This document shows positions 10,622-20,229 of a stretch of DNA of 39,856 nt, piece by piece; the first letter of the stretch is position 1; the number at the start of each line of letters is the position of its first letter. The notes under the pieces are model-generated. The model ran no database searches, was not told the DNA's origin, and was given only the letters and a program-made list of their open reading frames with translations. The translations under genes and the position numbers were made by a program. The DNA is taken from sequence record SRR20825006_350; one strand, given 5' to 3'.

Positions 10622-12175
10622 ATGGACTTGGTGACCGCGGCGCAGATGCGGCGCATGGATCTGGAAACGATCGACACGCTCGGGCTCCCAGGGATCGTTC
10701 TGATGGAGCGCGCCGCCCTTGGCGCCACAGACACCATCCTCACGAACCACCCGGACGCGCGCTGCGTCGGGATCATCTGCGGCGGCGGCAATAACGGAGG
10801 CGATGGCTTTGCCATCGCACGTATGCTGACTCACAGTGGCGTGGATGCGATCGTCATCATGCTCGCAGATCCCGCCAAGCTCACCGGCGATGCGGCGACA
10901 AACTACGCCATCATCGAGACCCTGGACCTGCAAATCCACTGCATGCACGAGGTCGAGGACAACCTCTTCATCAGCGAGCTGCTCGCCATCCCGCACTGTG
11001 ATGTGTGGTGTGACGCGATGCTCGGCACGGGGCTCGATCGCCCCCTCCAGGGCAAGTACGCGACCGCTGCACAATTTCTCAATGACCGGGATAACGTCGT
11101 CGCCATCGATATCCCCTCGGGGCTCGACGCCGACACGGGCCAACCGATCGGCGAGCATGTGGTCGAAGCGAGCATGTGCATCACCTTCGCGTATCCGAAG
11201 ATCGGTCAGGTGGTTTATCCGGGCAGAGCCTACTGCGGCGAATTGCACGTGGCGGATATCGGCATCCCCAGGATCATCGCCGAACGCGTTGGCTTTGGCG
11301 GCGTCTTGATCAACGAGCAATGGGTGAGCTCGAGCCTGCGACCCCGACCGCTCGAGGCGCACAAGGGGACCGCCGGGAAGCTGCTCTTGCTGGCAGGGAG
11401 CGACGCGTTGAGCGGCGCGGCCTTGCTGTGCGCCAGAGGCGCGCTGCTCGGCGGCGCGGGGCTCGTCACCGTCGGGACAACTCGCGATGTGGTCCCGAGG
11501 GTCTCGGTCGCTGTCCCCGAGGCGATGGCCGCCGAGGTGATCGCGGACACCTTCACTGACGAGCACAGGCGCGAACTTCAACAGCAGCTCGATCGCTCGG
11601 ATGTCGTGGCGATGGGGCCAGGGCTCGGGCAGAGTGATTCTCTGTGCGAGCTGCTCGAGCACGTCCTGCTCGATCCTCGCCAACCCTTGATCCTCGACGC
11701 GGACGCGCTCAACCTCGTGGCAAATCACGACCTGCACCAGTCCTTGCGACGCGGCTCGATGCGCCGCCAGATCGTGCTCACCCCGCACCCCGGAGAGATG
11801 GCGCGTTTGGCCAATGTCCCCCTGCGAGACATCTTGAAACACCCGCTGCTGCACGCGCAGGACTTCGCGCAAGTGACACAATGTGTGGTGGTGCTCAAGC
11901 TCGCGTCGACGATCATCGCGGGACCAGATGGGCGCCTCGCGATCAACTCGAGCGGGAACCCTGGCATGGCCAGCGGAGGCACGGGTGACGCGCTCACCGG
12001 GCTGCTCGCTGCGCAGCTCGCCGAACGCACCGACGCCTTCGAGGCGGCGTGTGTGGCGACCTGGATACATGGCGCAGCGGGTGATGCGTGCCGCGACGAG
12101 CGCGGCATCCACGCGACCACTGCGAGCGGCGTGCTCGATCACGTCGGTCGCGTCTTCGCCAGGGTCGAGTCTTGA
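10622..12175 (+). CDS. nnr: Bifunctional NAD(P)H-hydrate epimerase/dehydratase
   Basis: LMERA, GGGNNGGDG, DAMLGTG, DIPSG (YjeF_N); HKG, GPGLG, DADALN, TPHPGEM, GGTGDAL (carbohydrate-kinase-like domain). Confidence 0.96.
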   Translation: MDLVTAAQMRRMDLETIDTLGLPGIVLMERAALGATDTILTNHPDARCVGIICGGGNNGGDGFAIARMLTHSGVDAIVIMLADPAKLTGDAATNYAIIETLDLQIHCMHEVEDNLFISELLAIPHCDVWCDAMLGTGLDRPLQGKYATAAQFLNDRDNVVAIDIPSGLDADTGQPIGEHVVEASMCITFAYPKIGQVVYPGRAYCGELHVADIGIPRIIAERVGFGGVLINEQWVSSSLRPRPLEAHKGTAGKLLLLAGSDALSGAALLCARGALLGGAGLVTVGTTRDVVPRVSVAVPEAMAAEVIADTFTDEHRRELQQQLDRSDVVAMGPGLGQSDSLCELLEHVLLDPRQPLILDADALNLVANHDLHQSLRRGSMRRQIVLTPHPGEMARLANVPLRDILKHPLLHAQDFAQVTQCVVVLKLASTIIAGPDGRLAINSSGNPGMASGGTGDALTGLLAAQLAERTDAFEAACVATWIHGAAGDACRDERGIHATTASGVLDHVGRVFARVES

Positions 12176-13485
12176 GGCCTCCCGCGTTCGCCACCGCGCT
12201 GTTGCTGCTCGCAGTGGGCTGCTCGCCGCCGCCCGATCCTGTCGAGATGGGGACGCTCTGTTACTCGGCGAGCAACCCTGCGGGTTGCTCGACCGAGGTG
12301 ACGCTCGAGCGAGGGACCGTGCTCGGGCGTAACGCGCTCGATTATCGCATCCGAAACACGAGCGATGTGACCGTGCGCGCGCGCGTCCTGGCAGGTCCAT
12401 CCGAGCTCTTCGAGGATATCGCAGACGCGGGCATCGTCTCGGATATGAGCATCAACCCGACCAACCCCTCGACCGTCGATCCTCAAACCTTGAACGGTGC
12501 GGTGCTCCGGCTGCCGACGCTCGAGGCTGGCGAGGAGTTCACCGATCGCCTGCTCCCGTCCGAGCTCGGGCGCGATGCGAGCATCCGAGTCCAGCTCGGA
12601 TGCACCCCGACGACCTCGTGTGAACTGGACATGGAGTATGTCCTGGTCGTGGAGCCCGTGGAGTGCACCGCCAAGGAGGACTGCCCCTCGGGCTGGGAGT
12701 GCGACACGGACAAGGGTCTCTGCGCGGAGTGCATCGCTGGCGAACAGGAGGACAACTGCACAGACGATCAAACCTGCCAGCTCGGGCGCTGCACGCCACC
12801 ACAACAGACGAGCTGTCAGAGCGCGCCGGGAGATGCTCCAGCGGCGCCTTCGTTGATGTTGCTGGTGATGTTGATCGGGATCGTATTCTCGCGAGCAAGC
12901 GCGGGGCGCGGGGACGAACGTCCCCGCGCCCCGCGCTTGCTCGCGGTCATGCTCACAGTAGCAGTGGTGCTTTTGGGCGGCCAAAGTCAAGCTTTGGCCG
13001 CTGAACCTCGCGCCGAGTTGTCGATCGGAGCGGGGCCACGATTTTTCACGGGAGAGGTCGGCGCGCAGACAAGCCGCGGGCTAGGTATAAGCGTCGGGCA
13101 AGAGCTGAGGGTGAAGTACTTTGGCGCGGGGATCGACCTGTCGGCGGCGACCTTCGTGGCGCGACCTGTCGAGGAGAGCGCCCCGCCCTACCTTCGCTCG
13201 TTCTTGACGCACTCGGTGATGATCGGACCGCACGCCTACATCCCGTTATGGCGAGATGTGGAGCTGACGCTGGATGTGAGTTACGAGCGGTTGGGGTTGG
13301 CGGCGAACTCGCTGGTGGGCCTGACAGGGCTGGAGCTCGGGAGGCATGGTGGCGCGGCGTCAGGGAGGGTCAGGTATACCTTCGCCCCGATCATCGCGCA
13401 GCTCGAGGTGGGCTACCACCTCTATCCGGGGTTTCCAGGGGACATGGTCTCGGTGACGTTGATGTTCGGGGTCACGGATTTCTAG
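12172..13485 (+). CDS. Cys-rich lipoprotein with internal MYXO-CTERM-like anchor, second signal peptide and C-terminal outer-membrane beta-barrel
   Basis: TTG start overlapping nnr stop (TTGA); lipobox LLLLAVG-C; Cys-rich segment; SCQSAPGDAPAAPS-LMLLVMLIGIVF-SR; second hydrophobic segment ending QALA; about 8 amphipathic strands ending in Phe. Confidence 0.7.
   Translation: MRPPAFATALLLLAVGCSPPPDPVEMGTLCYSASNPAGCSTEVTLERGTVLGRNALDYRIRNTSDVTVRARVLAGPSELFEDIADAGIVSDMSINPTNPSTVDPQTLNGAVLRLPTLEAGEEFTDRLLPSELGRDASIRVQLGCTPTTSCELDMEYVLVVEPVECTAKEDCPSGWECDTDKGLCAECIAGEQEDNCTDDQTCQLGRCTPPQQTSCQSAPGDAPAAPSLMLLVMLIGIVFSRASAGRGDERPRAPRLLAVMLTVAVVLLGGQSQALAAEPRAELSIGAGPRFFTGEVGAQTSRGLGISVGQELRVKYFGAGIDLSAATFVARPVEESAPPYLRSFLTHSVMIGPHAYIPLWRDVELTLDVSYERLGLAANSLVGLTGLELGRHGGAASGRVRYTFAPIIAQLEVGYHLYPGFPGDMVSVTLMFGVTDF
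12890..12945. repeat. Perfect inverted repeat, 27-bp arms, 2-nt spacer
   Basis: cgcgagcaagcgcggggcgcggggacg-aa-cgtccccgcgccccgcgcttgctcgcg; arms checked base by base. Confidence 0.97.
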
Positions 13486-13507
13486 TTCGAAACCCGCCTG
13501 TATCGAG

Positions 13508-13529
13508 GAGACCTCGAGTGAGAGGTCTC
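13508..13529. terminator. Short hairpin between convergent genes (possible terminator)
   Basis: gagacctc-gagtga-gaggtctc; no U-tract, so function is uncertain. Confidence 0.3.
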
Positions 13530-14666
13530 TCACTCGTCCTTGCGCATCTCGCGCAGCTTCTTCTTGAGCTCTCTTCGGCTGATGACGCGAGCTTCCACGA
13601 GGAGGTCCGCCAGGGCCTGGATCACCTCGCGTTGACGCTGGCTCTCTTCCCGCAAGCTGTTGATCTTGCGGTTATGCATCTCGACGATCTCCTGGAGCGT
13701 CATCTGCGCCTTGGGCTGTGGCTCTTCGGACTGCTCGAAGAGTGAGAACCCGGTCTCCTGAGCGGCAGGCTCGGGAGGTTGCGAAGGCGCCTGACCTCTG
13801 GACTGTTGCCCAGACTCTTCCCATCCCCAGCGTTGCTTGAGGTTGGAGTCATCCTCCCAGAAAGCTGGCCCGCCGGTGAGGTTGCCAAAGGCGCTCTCGT
13901 CCATGGGGTTCTGGGTGCGCGGCTGTTGGCGCCTGCGCCTGCTGGGCTGTTGTTGCTGCGAGACAGGGTCGATCCCCAAGTGCGAGCTCGGCCTGCCCGC
14001 GAAAGAAGACCTCGGGGAGAGGACAGGAGCCTCGTCTTTGAGGAAGTCCTCGAAGTCATCGAGGGCGCCCTCGACATCTCCCGAGCGCGGCGTCGGAGAG
14101 GATGGCGGGCTCGGCTCGCTCTGGCGTCGCCGCATGCGATTGATGCCACTCTTGGGGCGCTCCATGAACCCCGCTCCGCTGGAGTTGCGGCCGCTGGGAG
14201 CATTTAGCGAAGGGGTCGGGCCGCTCTGCGGGCCGGCCTGGTAGGAGTAAGGGATCATGTGCTCGAGCCACACGCGAGGTGCGATCGAGATGTGGGGAGC
14301 CTGCCCTGTGGCGCTGGTGAGCATCTCGATCACCTCGCGCGCGCGCTCGGGATCGTAGGTCACGAGCATGAGCTTGTCCGTGCCGCGCTCGTAGGCGTAG
14401 GGCATGGCGCCAGCCTTGAGCGCGATCCCTTCGGTGATCATGCGCAGAGCGCTCGGATCGACGCGAAAGTTGCTCACGTCGAGCATCTCATGCTGGTAGA
14501 ACTCGGCGATTTGCTCGGCGAGGAGCTCCTCGTCGATAAGCTTGGCGTCGAGGAGTTGCGTCACGACCCCTGTCTTGTCCTTGGATGCACGCAAAATAGC
14601 GCGCTGCATATCCTGACGAGAGAGCAGGTTCGCGTTGACGAAATGATCGATGAGGCGTCGGTCCAT
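13530..14666 (-). CDS. GspE/PilB N-terminal (T2SSE_N/MshEN-like) domain protein without ATPase
   Basis: N-terminal RRLIDHFVNANLLSRQDMQRAI...LIDEELLAEQIA, VDPSALRMI; Pro/Ser/Gln-rich linker; C-terminal coiled coil and ALADLLVEARVISRREL; no Walker A. Confidence 0.75.
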   Translation of the reverse strand: MDRRLIDHFVNANLLSRQDMQRAILRASKDKTGVVTQLLDAKLIDEELLAEQIAEFYQHEMLDVSNFRVDPSALRMITEGIALKAGAMPYAYERGTDKLMLVTYDPERAREVIEMLTSATGQAPHISIAPRVWLEHMIPYSYQAGPQSGPTPSLNAPSGRNSSGAGFMERPKSGINRMRRRQSEPSPPSSPTPRSGDVEGALDDFEDFLKDEAPVLSPRSSFAGRPSSHLGIDPVSQQQQPSRRRRQQPRTQNPMDESAFGNLTGGPAFWEDDSNLKQRWGWEESGQQSRGQAPSQPPEPAAQETGFSLFEQSEEPQPKAQMTLQEIVEMHNRKINSLREESQRQREVIQALADLLVEARVISRRELKKKLREMRKDE

Positions 14667-14878
14667 CGAGGCTTGGTAGGCTTGGACAGAAGAATAGTGG
14701 TCACTTTCCAGGGTTCCCCTTTACTCCTTGTATCACTTCTCCCCTGAGCACGCGACCTGAAAACATCCGCATCTGCTCGATGGTGCAGGCGACCTGTTCA
14801 AGAGCGTACAACGGGTGTAGAGTCGGGTCCTCTTGACCCCTTTTGGACTCGCCAAAAAAGCACAGGGACGTTGAAAGC

Positions 14879-16222
14879 ATGAACATTGTCATCGTCGGGA
14901 TGGGAGAGGTTGGTCGCTATATCTCGAGCGTGCTCGTATCCGAGAACCACAACGTGGTCATCATCGACTCCGACCAGGACGCCCTCCAACAAGCAGAAGA
15001 AACGCTCGATGTGATGGTCTTGAGAGGCCACGGCGCGAGCTTGAAGACGCTCACCCAGGCGAACTCGGCCGAGGCGGACCTCTTTATCGCCGTCACGGAC
15101 AACTGCGAGGTCAACATCCTCTCGGCGATCCGGGCCAAGGAGCTTGGCGCCAAGCGCACCATCGCGCGCGTCAGCCAGCCAGCCTACTACGAGAACGAGC
15201 GCGGCATGATCACGGGCATGATGGGGATCGACCTGATCATCAACCCCAACGCGTTGATCGCCATGGAGATGCACAAGATCATTCGCTCGACGAGCGCGGT
15301 GGCGGTGGAGGACTTCGCCGACAACCGCATCGAGATGATCCAGCTCCCCATGGACGCCAAGTCACCGCTCGTGGACAAGATGCTCAAGGATATCCGCCTC
15401 CCCGATAATACGCTTGTGGCGGCCATGATCCGCGATCACGAGATCATCGTCCCCGGAGGCAGCGACTCCATCCGCGAGGATGACGAGCTGCTCTTCGTCG
15501 GAAAGATCGAGCAGATCCCCAAGGTCGAAAAGCTCGTCAAGCGCGAGCGCCGCCGTTACACGCGCCGCGTGATCATCGTCGGCGGCAGCCAGGTCTCGGT
15601 CTCACTGGCCAAGGCGCTCGCTGCCGACCACATCGAAGTGCTCATCATCGAAAAGGACCGCGAGCGCTGCCGCGAGATCTCGCACGTGCTCCATCACGTG
15701 GCGATCATCAACGCCGATGGCACCAACGCCCACGTCCTCGAGGAAGAGAACATCTCGACGACCGATGCGTTCGTCGCCGCCAGCGGCGAGGATGAGGTCA
15801 ACCTCATGGCGAGCCTGCTCGCCAGGGACCTCGGCGCCCCGCGCGTCCTGGCGCTCGTGCACAAGCCGGATTACTCCCCGATCTGTGAGCGCCTCGGCAT
15901 CGATTCGCCGCTCTCCCCTCGCATCGAGGTCGCCAAACAGGTCCTGAAATACTCGCGCGCAGGACAGATCCTGAGCATCGCGCCAGTCATGGAGGGCAAG
16001 GGGGAGTTCCTCGAGTTCCTCGCGCCAGAGGGCGCGCCGATCGTCGGGAAACCGATCAAGCAGGTCGGCTTCCCGACCAGCGCGAACATCTGCGGTGTCG
16101 TCGACAAGGTCGGGGCCTTTGTTCCCCGCGGTGATGACATCATCGAAGCCAACGATCGGGTGATCGTCTTCTCCACGCCGGACAACCGGCAAAAGGTCGA
16201 GAAGTTCTTCAAGTCCCGCTAA
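14879..16222 (+). CDS. trkA: Trk potassium uptake system NAD-binding subunit
   Basis: MNIVIVGMGEVG Rossmann start, two RCK_N/RCK_C pairs, 447 aa from ATG 14879, adjacent to trkH. Confidence 0.95.
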   Translation: MNIVIVGMGEVGRYISSVLVSENHNVVIIDSDQDALQQAEETLDVMVLRGHGASLKTLTQANSAEADLFIAVTDNCEVNILSAIRAKELGAKRTIARVSQPAYYENERGMITGMMGIDLIINPNALIAMEMHKIIRSTSAVAVEDFADNRIEMIQLPMDAKSPLVDKMLKDIRLPDNTLVAAMIRDHEIIVPGGSDSIREDDELLFVGKIEQIPKVEKLVKRERRRYTRRVIIVGGSQVSVSLAKALAADHIEVLIIEKDRERCREISHVLHHVAIINADGTNAHVLEEENISTTDAFVAASGEDEVNLMASLLARDLGAPRVLALVHKPDYSPICERLGIDSPLSPRIEVAKQVLKYSRAGQILSIAPVMEGKGEFLEFLAPEGAPIVGKPIKQVGFPTSANICGVVDKVGAFVPRGDDIIEANDRVIVFSTPDNRQKVEKFFKSR

Positions 16223-16234
16223 AAGGACGCGCTC

Positions 16235-17689
16235 ATGCACTTTCGAAGGATCGCCAGGTTACTGGGTATCCTGATGATGACGCTCGCTGGCTGTATGTCG
16301 ACGAGCCTCATCTGGACGCTCATCTACGACACCATGGCCTCGACCTGGGCGTTTATCTACAGCTCTGGAATCACCGCGGGCTTTGGCCTCTTGCTCTGGC
16401 TCTACGGTCGCAAGGAGCAAGGCACGATTTATCGCGCGGACGCCATCTTCCTGGTGGCCGTGAGTTGGTTGCTGCTCGGCGTGTTCGGCGGACTGCCCTA
16501 CATGTTCGATGGCGCGTTCACCAACCCGGCGGATGCCTACTTCGAGACGATCTCGGGGTTCACCACCACAGGCTCGACGGTCATGGTCCAGATCGCGGAC
16601 CACTCCCACGGGCTGCACTGGTGGCGAACGCTGACGCACTGGCTCGGCGGGATGGGCATCATCGTGCTCTTTGTCGCGATCTTCCCGCAGCTCGGCGTGG
16701 GCGGAAAGTTCCTCTTCAAGTCCGAGGTCCCAGGTCCCATCACCGAGGGCCTGAAGCCAAAGATCAAACAGACCGCCGCCGCGCTCTGGTGGATCTACGT
16801 TGGCTTCACAGTGGTCGAAGCGATCATCCTGCTCGGGCTAGGCATGAGCATTCATGACGCCCTGACGCACTCCTTCGCGACGATGGCCACGGGTGGGTTC
16901 TCGACAAAGAATGGCAGCGTCGGAGAGTTCGACTCGGCCGCTATCGACTACGTGATCACGCTGTTCATGATCCTCGCGGGCATCAACTTCGGGCTCTACT
17001 ACGAGCTCATCCGCGGCAACAAGAAGCGCTTCTTGCGCGATCCTGAGCTGCACGTTTACCTGGGCGTCATCGCCGTCGTCACGCTCATCATCACCTGGAA
17101 CATCGTCGGCATCGACGCGCGCCACGAGACTGTCTCCGACAGCTTTCGTTACGCCATCTTCCAGGTCGTCGGCGTGATCACCACCACAGGGTTTGGCACC
17201 GACGACTTCGACGTCTGGCCGCCGCTCTCGCAGATGTTGCTCGTGTTCCTCATGTTTGCCGGCGGGATGGCAGGCTCGACCGCAGGCGGCATGAAGCTGA
17301 TCCGCTTCATGGTCATCGGCAAGGCGATCTACGCCGAGATCTACAAGGTCTTTCGCCCGATGAGCATCCAGGCGTTGAGGATCGGTAAATCAGTCATCCC
17401 CCAGGAGACCATCTCGGGAATCCTAGGGTTCTTCGCGCTGGGGATCGCGACCTTTGTCTTCTCGGCCCTCTACATGACGTACCTCGGGCTCGACATCGTA
17501 TCGGCGTGCACGGCCGTAACCGCGACGCTGTTTAACATCGGACCGGGGCTCGCGGCCGTCGGGCCGACGCAGAGCTTTGCCTTCATCCCGACCTCGGGGA
17601 AGGTCGTCCTGAGCTTCTGTATGATTCTTGGCAGGCTGGAGTTTATGACGATCTTCGTGCTGTTGCTGCCCGACTTCTGGAGGCGCTGA
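16235..17689 (+). CDS. trkH: Trk potassium uptake membrane protein
   Basis: FETISGFTTTG, WLGGMGII, TMATGGFS, TTTGF, GGMAGSTAGGMK, FNIGPGL, MILGRLE selectivity-filter segments. Confidence 0.97.
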   Translation: MHFRRIARLLGILMMTLAGCMSTSLIWTLIYDTMASTWAFIYSSGITAGFGLLLWLYGRKEQGTIYRADAIFLVAVSWLLLGVFGGLPYMFDGAFTNPADAYFETISGFTTTGSTVMVQIADHSHGLHWWRTLTHWLGGMGIIVLFVAIFPQLGVGGKFLFKSEVPGPITEGLKPKIKQTAAALWWIYVGFTVVEAIILLGLGMSIHDALTHSFATMATGGFSTKNGSVGEFDSAAIDYVITLFMILAGINFGLYYELIRGNKKRFLRDPELHVYLGVIAVVTLIITWNIVGIDARHETVSDSFRYAIFQVVGVITTTGFGTDDFDVWPPLSQMLLVFLMFAGGMAGSTAGGMKLIRFMVIGKAIYAEIYKVFRPMSIQALRIGKSVIPQETISGILGFFALGIATFVFSALYMTYLGLDIVSACTAVTATLFNIGPGLAAVGPTQSFAFIPTSGKVVLSFCMILGRLEFMTIFVLLLPDFWRR

Positions 17690-17692
17690 GAG

Positions 17693-18742
17693 TCAGCGCG
17701 CGAGCTTGGTCTGGAGCTCGTATCGCACGTCTTGTGTGATCGGCTCGCTGCCTTGTTGCTCGATCTCGAGGCGTTGATCGAGCATCACGCCGTAGTGATG
17801 CAGCACGCCAACCTCTTGATTGAAGTGCACGAGCCCTTTTCCCGTGCCGCTCATCTCGAAGGTGATCGGCGCAGCATCCTCACCCTCCTCGGCGTCCGGG
17901 GTAAAGCTCCCGCCGCCGCTCAGGCGCAGCTGCTGCTTGATCACGACCACAGGAGATCCCTCGAACGTGGTCTGACCGAGGAGCTCGCTGCGCACGGTGA
18001 GTTTGCCCGAGAGCTTCGTACCATCTGCGCGCGCCGGGCCTCCAAAGGGGACCTCGTAGGTCCAGGACTCACCGACCTTGAGGACCTGCCTCGGAAAACG
18101 CGGCGCGAGGAGCAAGATGTTATCGCGCAAGATCTCACGGGTCTGGAGCGTCTGAGGGTTTGCCTCGCCGAGCCACTCGAAGTCCCGCGTTCGCCCTACC
18201 CCGGACTTCTTCACGCGAGCCTCGCGCCCTTCGACCACAGACTCGAGCTGGCCAAGGACGTTGCCACCAATGACCTTATCGCCATCTCCGACCTGAGCTC
18301 GAAAACCTCCGACCTCGAGCTCCAGCTCGCGCCACGTGGCGCCCTCGAGCGCTTTTGTCTTCTCGCTCGGGCGGCTGGCGAGCGTGAACTCGAGCCGTGT
18401 CTGCGCGCGGTGAACCTGATCTGACACGCGGCGCTCGCTCCGTCGTGACAGGTGGTAGTGGTGGCGCTGTGGGTATGGAAACTTGTAGAGCAGCTCGGTG
18501 GCGGGGATATCGACCTCGAGCTCTTTCGAGGGAGGATCGACATACAGCGAAAGCGGCTCGATGCGCTCTCGCTCTTCGTTCACGCTGGCGTCTCCTCGCG
18601 TGTCGTAGACCACGTAAAACCCCACGGCCGCCGTGACCACGCCCAACACGAGCAATGGCGCGAGTGATTGGCGTTTGGTGATCTCGACAGCGGGCTGTTC
18701 GGAGGACCCTTCGGCGGTCTCCTCGGTGACGATATGCGCCAT
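17693..18742 (-). CDS. Single-TM hypothetical protein with beta-rich extracytoplasmic domain (DUF6263-like)
   Basis: ATG 18742 with AAGGAG RBS; TM LLVLGVVTAAVGFYVVY; FPRQVLKVGESWT motif reminiscent of DUF6263-type proteins (tentative). Confidence 0.7.
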   Translation of the reverse strand: MAHIVTEETAEGSSEQPAVEITKRQSLAPLLVLGVVTAAVGFYVVYDTRGDASVNEERERIEPLSLYVDPPSKELEVDIPATELLYKFPYPQRHHYHLSRRSERRVSDQVHRAQTRLEFTLASRPSEKTKALEGATWRELELEVGGFRAQVGDGDKVIGGNVLGQLESVVEGREARVKKSGVGRTRDFEWLGEANPQTLQTREILRDNILLLAPRFPRQVLKVGESWTYEVPFGGPARADGTKLSGKLTVRSELLGQTTFEGSPVVVIKQQLRLSGGGSFTPDAEEGEDAAPITFEMSGTGKGLVHFNQEVGVLHHYGVMLDQRLEIEQQGSEPITQDVRYELQTKLAR

Positions 18743-18900
18743 GACATTCTCCTTCACAGGTGCGACACTCGAGCGCGTCAGGCGTTTCGAGCACCACGTC
18801 GCGCCCACGCTTACCACGGCGCAAGGCCGATTCCAATCTCGACACGCCCGGTTTGGTGGTGACGCGGTTTGGGTCCTTCACTTAAACAACTGTGAGCCTC

Positions 18901-19761
18901 ATGAGCCGACCAAAGAAACCTGCCATCTTGTGGCTCCTCATCCTGGGCGCTGCCGTTTTCATGGGCTGGGTTGCGTTCGAAAAGCTCACGCGAGTGGAGC
19001 CAAAGTTTCAGAAGGCAAACGAGGCAATCTGGTACGACGATGGCGACATGTTCGGCGTGAACATCAAGGAAGATTACTCGAAGCTGGAGCATGAATCCGA
19101 ACTCGAGGTGGCGATCCAGGGACGCAGCTATGACGTCCTCTACAGTTATCAAAAGCGCTTCCCTGGCGCGCGCCGGATGAGAAAGACCGAGAAACCGATC
19201 CTCCTCGAGGAGTCCGTGGAGCTCTCCGCCCACTTCGCGGTCCACGTTTCGAAGTGGGCGCAGTACAGAATCCGGGGGGTACATCGCAAGGTCTTTCGGC
19301 AACCAAACGGAGAGAAGACAACCTCGGCTGCAAAGATCGACAAGTCGATCTCGGGCAACATCTCCTACAACGCGCGCACCTTTCAAGTGCGCCTCGACTC
19401 GGTATCACACGAGCAATCGGGTGGCTTCTCGGATGACTTCCCGACGATGACGATGCATTGTGCGTTGGCGACGCAGCGACAGTTCGAGTGCAGCGTCGAC
19501 AAACTCCCCGAGGAGCTCGAAAGGCACCTCGGCCCGATCCCCCAGAGCATCCACCAAAAGCTCTTCTCTCCGGTGCTCGCGAGCGAGCCGATGTATTACT
19601 TCATCGATTATCCCGACAAGGTGCTCTACAACCACGACACCGGCGAACGAGGCAAACCCTTTCTGGGCGACTACTTCCGCCCGTCGACGCTCGAGCAACG
19701 CGAGCGGTTCCATAAGATTCGCGTCGCTCCCCTGGAGCTCCCCGAAACCGAGACCCCCTGA
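18901..19761 (+). CDS. Hypothetical protein with N-terminal TM/signal anchor
   Basis: Long ORF divergent from the previous gene; MSRPKK + hydrophobic AILWLLILGAAVFMGWVAF; 5 nt from the next gene. Start could be GTG 18892. Confidence 0.75.
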   Translation: MSRPKKPAILWLLILGAAVFMGWVAFEKLTRVEPKFQKANEAIWYDDGDMFGVNIKEDYSKLEHESELEVAIQGRSYDVLYSYQKRFPGARRMRKTEKPILLEESVELSAHFAVHVSKWAQYRIRGVHRKVFRQPNGEKTTSAAKIDKSISGNISYNARTFQVRLDSVSHEQSGGFSDDFPTMTMHCALATQRQFECSVDKLPEELERHLGPIPQSIHQKLFSPVLASEPMYYFIDYPDKVLYNHDTGERGKPFLGDYFRPSTLEQRERFHKIRVAPLELPETETP

Positions 19762-19766
19762 AGCTC

Positions 19767-20228
19767 ATGACATCCTGGTTTGATGACACAGACGGCTTGC
19801 GCTTCGAGTGCACCCAGTGTGGCGCTTGCTGCAAGAACCCCGGCGTGATCCTCTTCACGCCGCAGGACATCCTGCGCGTGAGCGACTTCCTCGATCTCAC
19901 TCCCGAAGCATTCAAGGAGCGCTACCTGGCCTTCTACGATGCCGGTCAGTGGAGCATCGACGTTGGCCCCGAGCAACCCTGCGTGTTTCTCGACGAGGAG
20001 CAGCGGTGCAGCATCCAGGCGGTCAAGCCATGGCAGTGCTCGGCTTACCCTTTCTGGTACGAGATCGTCGATGACGTGGAGGGGTGGTATGCCGAGAAAG
20101 AGCGCTGCGAGGGGATCGGTCAAGGCAAGCGGCATAGCCCGGAGGAGATCCGGGAGTGGCTCGCGCAGGACTCGCTGGTCATCGCGCTGATGGAGGCGAC
20201 CGAAGATGGCCAGGGCATCGACGAGTAG
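19767..20228 (+). CDS. YkgJ-family cysteine cluster protein (putative Zn/Fe-S)
   Basis: FECTQCGACC...CVFL...CSI...KPWQCSAYPFW...CEGIG pattern. Confidence 0.9.
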   Translation: MTSWFDDTDGLRFECTQCGACCKNPGVILFTPQDILRVSDFLDLTPEAFKERYLAFYDAGQWSIDVGPEQPCVFLDEEQRCSIQAVKPWQCSAYPFWYEIVDDVEGWYAEKERCEGIGQGKRHSPEEIREWLAQDSLVIALMEATEDGQGIDE

Positions 20229-20229
20229 C

